Shown piece by piece: positions 61,677 to 64,000 of a stretch of 64,000 nt of DNA (its first letter is position 1; each line of letters starts with the position of its first letter). The DNA is taken from the NCBI GenBank assembly GCA_965206695.1, contig CBDBKM010000011.1, forward strand, positions 32,001 through 96,000. Direction: 5' to 3'. Source of the stretch: Chlamydiales bacterium. Its GTDB lineage: Bacteria > Chlamydiota > Chlamydiia > Chlamydiales > JAAZZY01. The notes beneath the pieces were generated by a model. It was not told where the DNA came from and did no database searches. It saw only the letters and a list, made by a program, of their open reading frames with translations. Both the position numbers and the translations under genes were made by a program.

Positions 61677-62636
61677 ATGAGTAACAATTTTTTTCGTTCA
61701 ATTTTGCTGCCTTTCGTTTCTTGTTTTTTAATTCTATTTCTATTTTCTTGTACTTCTCAGCAAATAATTTTAACGAATGTAGAAGAAAAAGATGCTAATG
61801 AGATTATTGTTCTTTTAAGAAGTAAAGGAATAGAAGCAGATAAAATGGCCGTTAAAGTAGCTACCGGTGCCACGGTTCAGCAAAAAGCCGGTCAATTTTG
61901 GGATATTGCTGTAGCCGCAGACAAAGCAACGAATGCTCTTGCGGTCTTGAATCGGATCGGCCTGCCTCGAAAGCCTGCGATTACACTATTAGATGTGTTT
62001 CCCAGCGAAGGTCTTATGAAAACGGAAAAAGAAGAAAATGTTCGTTATCAAGAAGGCCTAAATGAACAGATTGCTTCCACGATACGAAATATAGATGGAA
62101 TTATTGATGTCGATGTTCAAATTTCAATACCCAAACAAAATATTTTTAATCCCGAAGCAGAAAAAGAAAAACCAACAGCATCTGTATATGTTAAACATGA
62201 TGGTGTCGCTGACGATCCGAATAACTTAATTGTTCAAAAAGTTAAAAGGTATGTCTCAGGCAGTATTATCGATTTAGAATATGAGGATGTCACGGTTATA
62301 ACGGATAGAGCAAGATTTACGGATGTATCCTTGAATAGTTTAGGTGGAGTCATGGTTCCTAATGATTATGTGAATGTATGGTCCATTACAATAGCCAAGT
62401 CTTCTGTCGCTCGATTTAGAGTTATTCTTTTTGTTCTCTGCTTTTTATTACTTATCTTTTTGTTAGCAGTTATTTGGTTGGTATGGAAATTTCAAAAGAT
62501 AGTTTTAGATGTAAAGAACCTTAAAGGACTGTTTTCTCCAAAACCTATGGAGATGAGTATGCTTCAAGAGAAAAAAGAAGCATCCGAAGTTGAGGAGTCC
62601 CCTGAGACAGAGAAGAAGGAGGAAGGGGAAGAGTAG
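61677..62636 (+). CDS. sctJ: T3SS inner-membrane ring lipoprotein SctJ/CdsJ
   Basis: Lipobox LFSC, EKDANEI, GLPR, IDGIID, ASVYVKH, C-terminal TM. Confidence 0.95.
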   Translation: MSNNFFRSILLPFVSCFLILFLFSCTSQQIILTNVEEKDANEIIVLLRSKGIEADKMAVKVATGATVQQKAGQFWDIAVAADKATNALAVLNRIGLPRKPAITLLDVFPSEGLMKTEKEENVRYQEGLNEQIASTIRNIDGIIDVDVQISIPKQNIFNPEAEKEKPTASVYVKHDGVADDPNNLIVQKVKRYVSGSIIDLEYEDVTVITDRARFTDVSLNSLGGVMVPNDYVNVWSITIAKSSVARFRVILFVLCFLLLIFLLAVIWLVWKFQKIVLDVKNLKGLFSPKPMEMSMLQEKKEASEVEESPETEKKEEGEE

Positions 62637-62689
62637 CACTTAAATAAGGACAATATTATCGTGTGCCTAAAACTTAGCTAAGAGAAAAT

Positions 62690-63562
62690 GTGATGGATAC
62701 TAAAAGTTTTGAAGTACTCAATGTCCTCCTCAAGAGTTATAGAGAAGATTCAATTGATTCTATGTTAAAGTTTTTTCCTGAAAATGAAGCAAAATTAATT
62801 TCTAATTTACAGCACTCAAAAAGTAAAGAACCGTTAACGTTACTGCCTCTTCTAAAAAGAATTACGAATATTCATTATTCTTGGTTTTTTCCGATAATTA
62901 AAAAGTTACCCTCTGATCTTGTACCATTCGTATTGGGTGTTTTTCCTAAATCCTATGTAGCCGGATTGATTGAGTTGTTTTGGGAAAAAACGCGTGTATC
63001 CTCTTCTCCTGAACCCATTCAAACCTTTTTTCTAAAAACTCTTCACACTCAAGTGGGTTTGGATCAAATACTTCCTAAGTCTTTTTTGCCCGAATCGCCA
63101 CTGAATAAGTTATTATTGCTTGATAAACATGCTGTGGTCAAGCTCATTGATTATTTAGGTTTGCATGATTTAACTATAGCTTTAAAAAAAATCGTTGACA
63201 AAAAACAAGTAGAGAAGATTTTTAAATTGTTATCAGCATCAAAACGTCAATATCTTAAACAATGTGTTCAATCTAAAGATCCTTTAACCTTTTCTATACA
63301 AACAATTCATAAATGGACTAACAGTTCAGAAAGCCTCATGATCTTGGTTCATCAAAAGGGATTAATGAGATTATCAAAAGCAATAGCAGGTCAGCATCCT
63401 CATTTTATTTGGCATTTAGCTCATCTTTTAGATACCGGCAGGGGAGAAAAGTTATTACAATTTTCTCGAAATAAAGAACCCGGTAAGTATACAGCTATTT
63501 TGTGTACCCAAATATTAAATTTAATGCAGATGTTAAAACCTAAAGGACAAAAACAGGTATGA
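62690..63562 (+). CDS. T3SS SctK-like protein (CT560-like)
   Basis: Between sctJ and sctL; IHYSW, LIDYLGLHDL, HLLDTGRG. Confidence 0.8.
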   Translation: MMDTKSFEVLNVLLKSYREDSIDSMLKFFPENEAKLISNLQHSKSKEPLTLLPLLKRITNIHYSWFFPIIKKLPSDLVPFVLGVFPKSYVAGLIELFWEKTRVSSSPEPIQTFFLKTLHTQVGLDQILPKSFLPESPLNKLLLLDKHAVVKLIDYLGLHDLTIALKKIVDKKQVEKIFKLLSASKRQYLKQCVQSKDPLTFSIQTIHKWTNSSESLMILVHQKGLMRLSKAIAGQHPHFIWHLAHLLDTGRGEKLLQFSRNKEPGKYTAILCTQILNLMQMLKPKGQKQV

Positions 63563-64000
63563 AATTCTTAAGCCTTCTATCCGGTAAGACAGTGAATATA
63601 GCTCCCGGATTAAAAGTCGTTCCTAAAGATGAGTTTTCTCGTCTGGTAAGTGCTTCTGAAGTGTTAGAAGAAGTGAAAGAAGAAGCGATAGAATATCGAA
63701 AGGAAGTCGCTAAGAAAGGGGAAGAATTAAAAGAGCAGTCGAAGAAAAAGGGGTTTTCGGAAGGATTAGAAAAATGGACTGATCAAGTTAAATTTTTGGA
63801 GCAAGAAATTCGAAAAGTACGTGCTGAAATGGAGAAATTAATTGCTTCTGTTGCTTTAAAATCTGCGAAAAAAATACTGGGTAGAGAAATTGAATTGAAC
63901 AAAGAAACGATTGTTGATATTGTTTCTAACAGTCTGAAACCGGTTTCTCAACATAAGAAGGTAGTCCTTTATGTTAATAAATCTGACCTTGAGATACTTG
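63559..64000 (+). CDS. sctL: T3SS stator SctL/CdsL (runs off the window)
   Basis: MKFLSLL..KVVPKDEFS..KGFSEGLEKW..AKKILGREIE..VNKSDLE; ATGA overlap with the upstream gene. Confidence 0.9.
   Translation, partial: MKFLSLLSGKTVNIAPGLKVVPKDEFSRLVSASEVLEEVKEEAIEYRKEVAKKGEELKEQSKKKGFSEGLEKWTDQVKFLEQEIRKVRAEMEKLIASVALKSAKKILGREIELNKETIVDIVSNSLKPVSQHKKVVLYVNKSDLEIL

Overview
AT-rich chromosome segment of an environmental Chlamydiota member. The assignment rests on the rpsL-rpsG-fusA-rpsJ cluster without tuf, a sigma66-type RpoD, the lpdA-lipA-sctJ-sctK-sctL order, an rrn operon with no spacer tRNA, and a chlamydial 16S 5' signature. Core blocks (4.4-18.5 kb, rrn 35.2-40.2 kb, 52-64 kb) alternate with IS graveyards holding several IS630 types, IS5, IS30, IS701, ISAs1 and IS200/IS605 elements, many of them nested. 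Accessory genes include a two-partner secretion pair, a patatin and a decayed RING-like protein. The strongest signal is a window-wide conversion of CCAG/CTGG to CCGG. It appears near-complete at synonymous and neutral sites, changes conserved W/L/Q/R codons in dead genes, and every surviving CCAG/CTGG I checked in intact genes sits where conversion would be non-synonymous. This suggests a real sequence-specific mutator (an HpaII-type methylase plus Vsr-like over-repair is my hypothesis; its genes are not in this window). Other highlights are an IS605 element with an intact TnpB whose TAM and guide can be predicted, and two IS630 insertions each flanked by inverted copies of the same host-element half.
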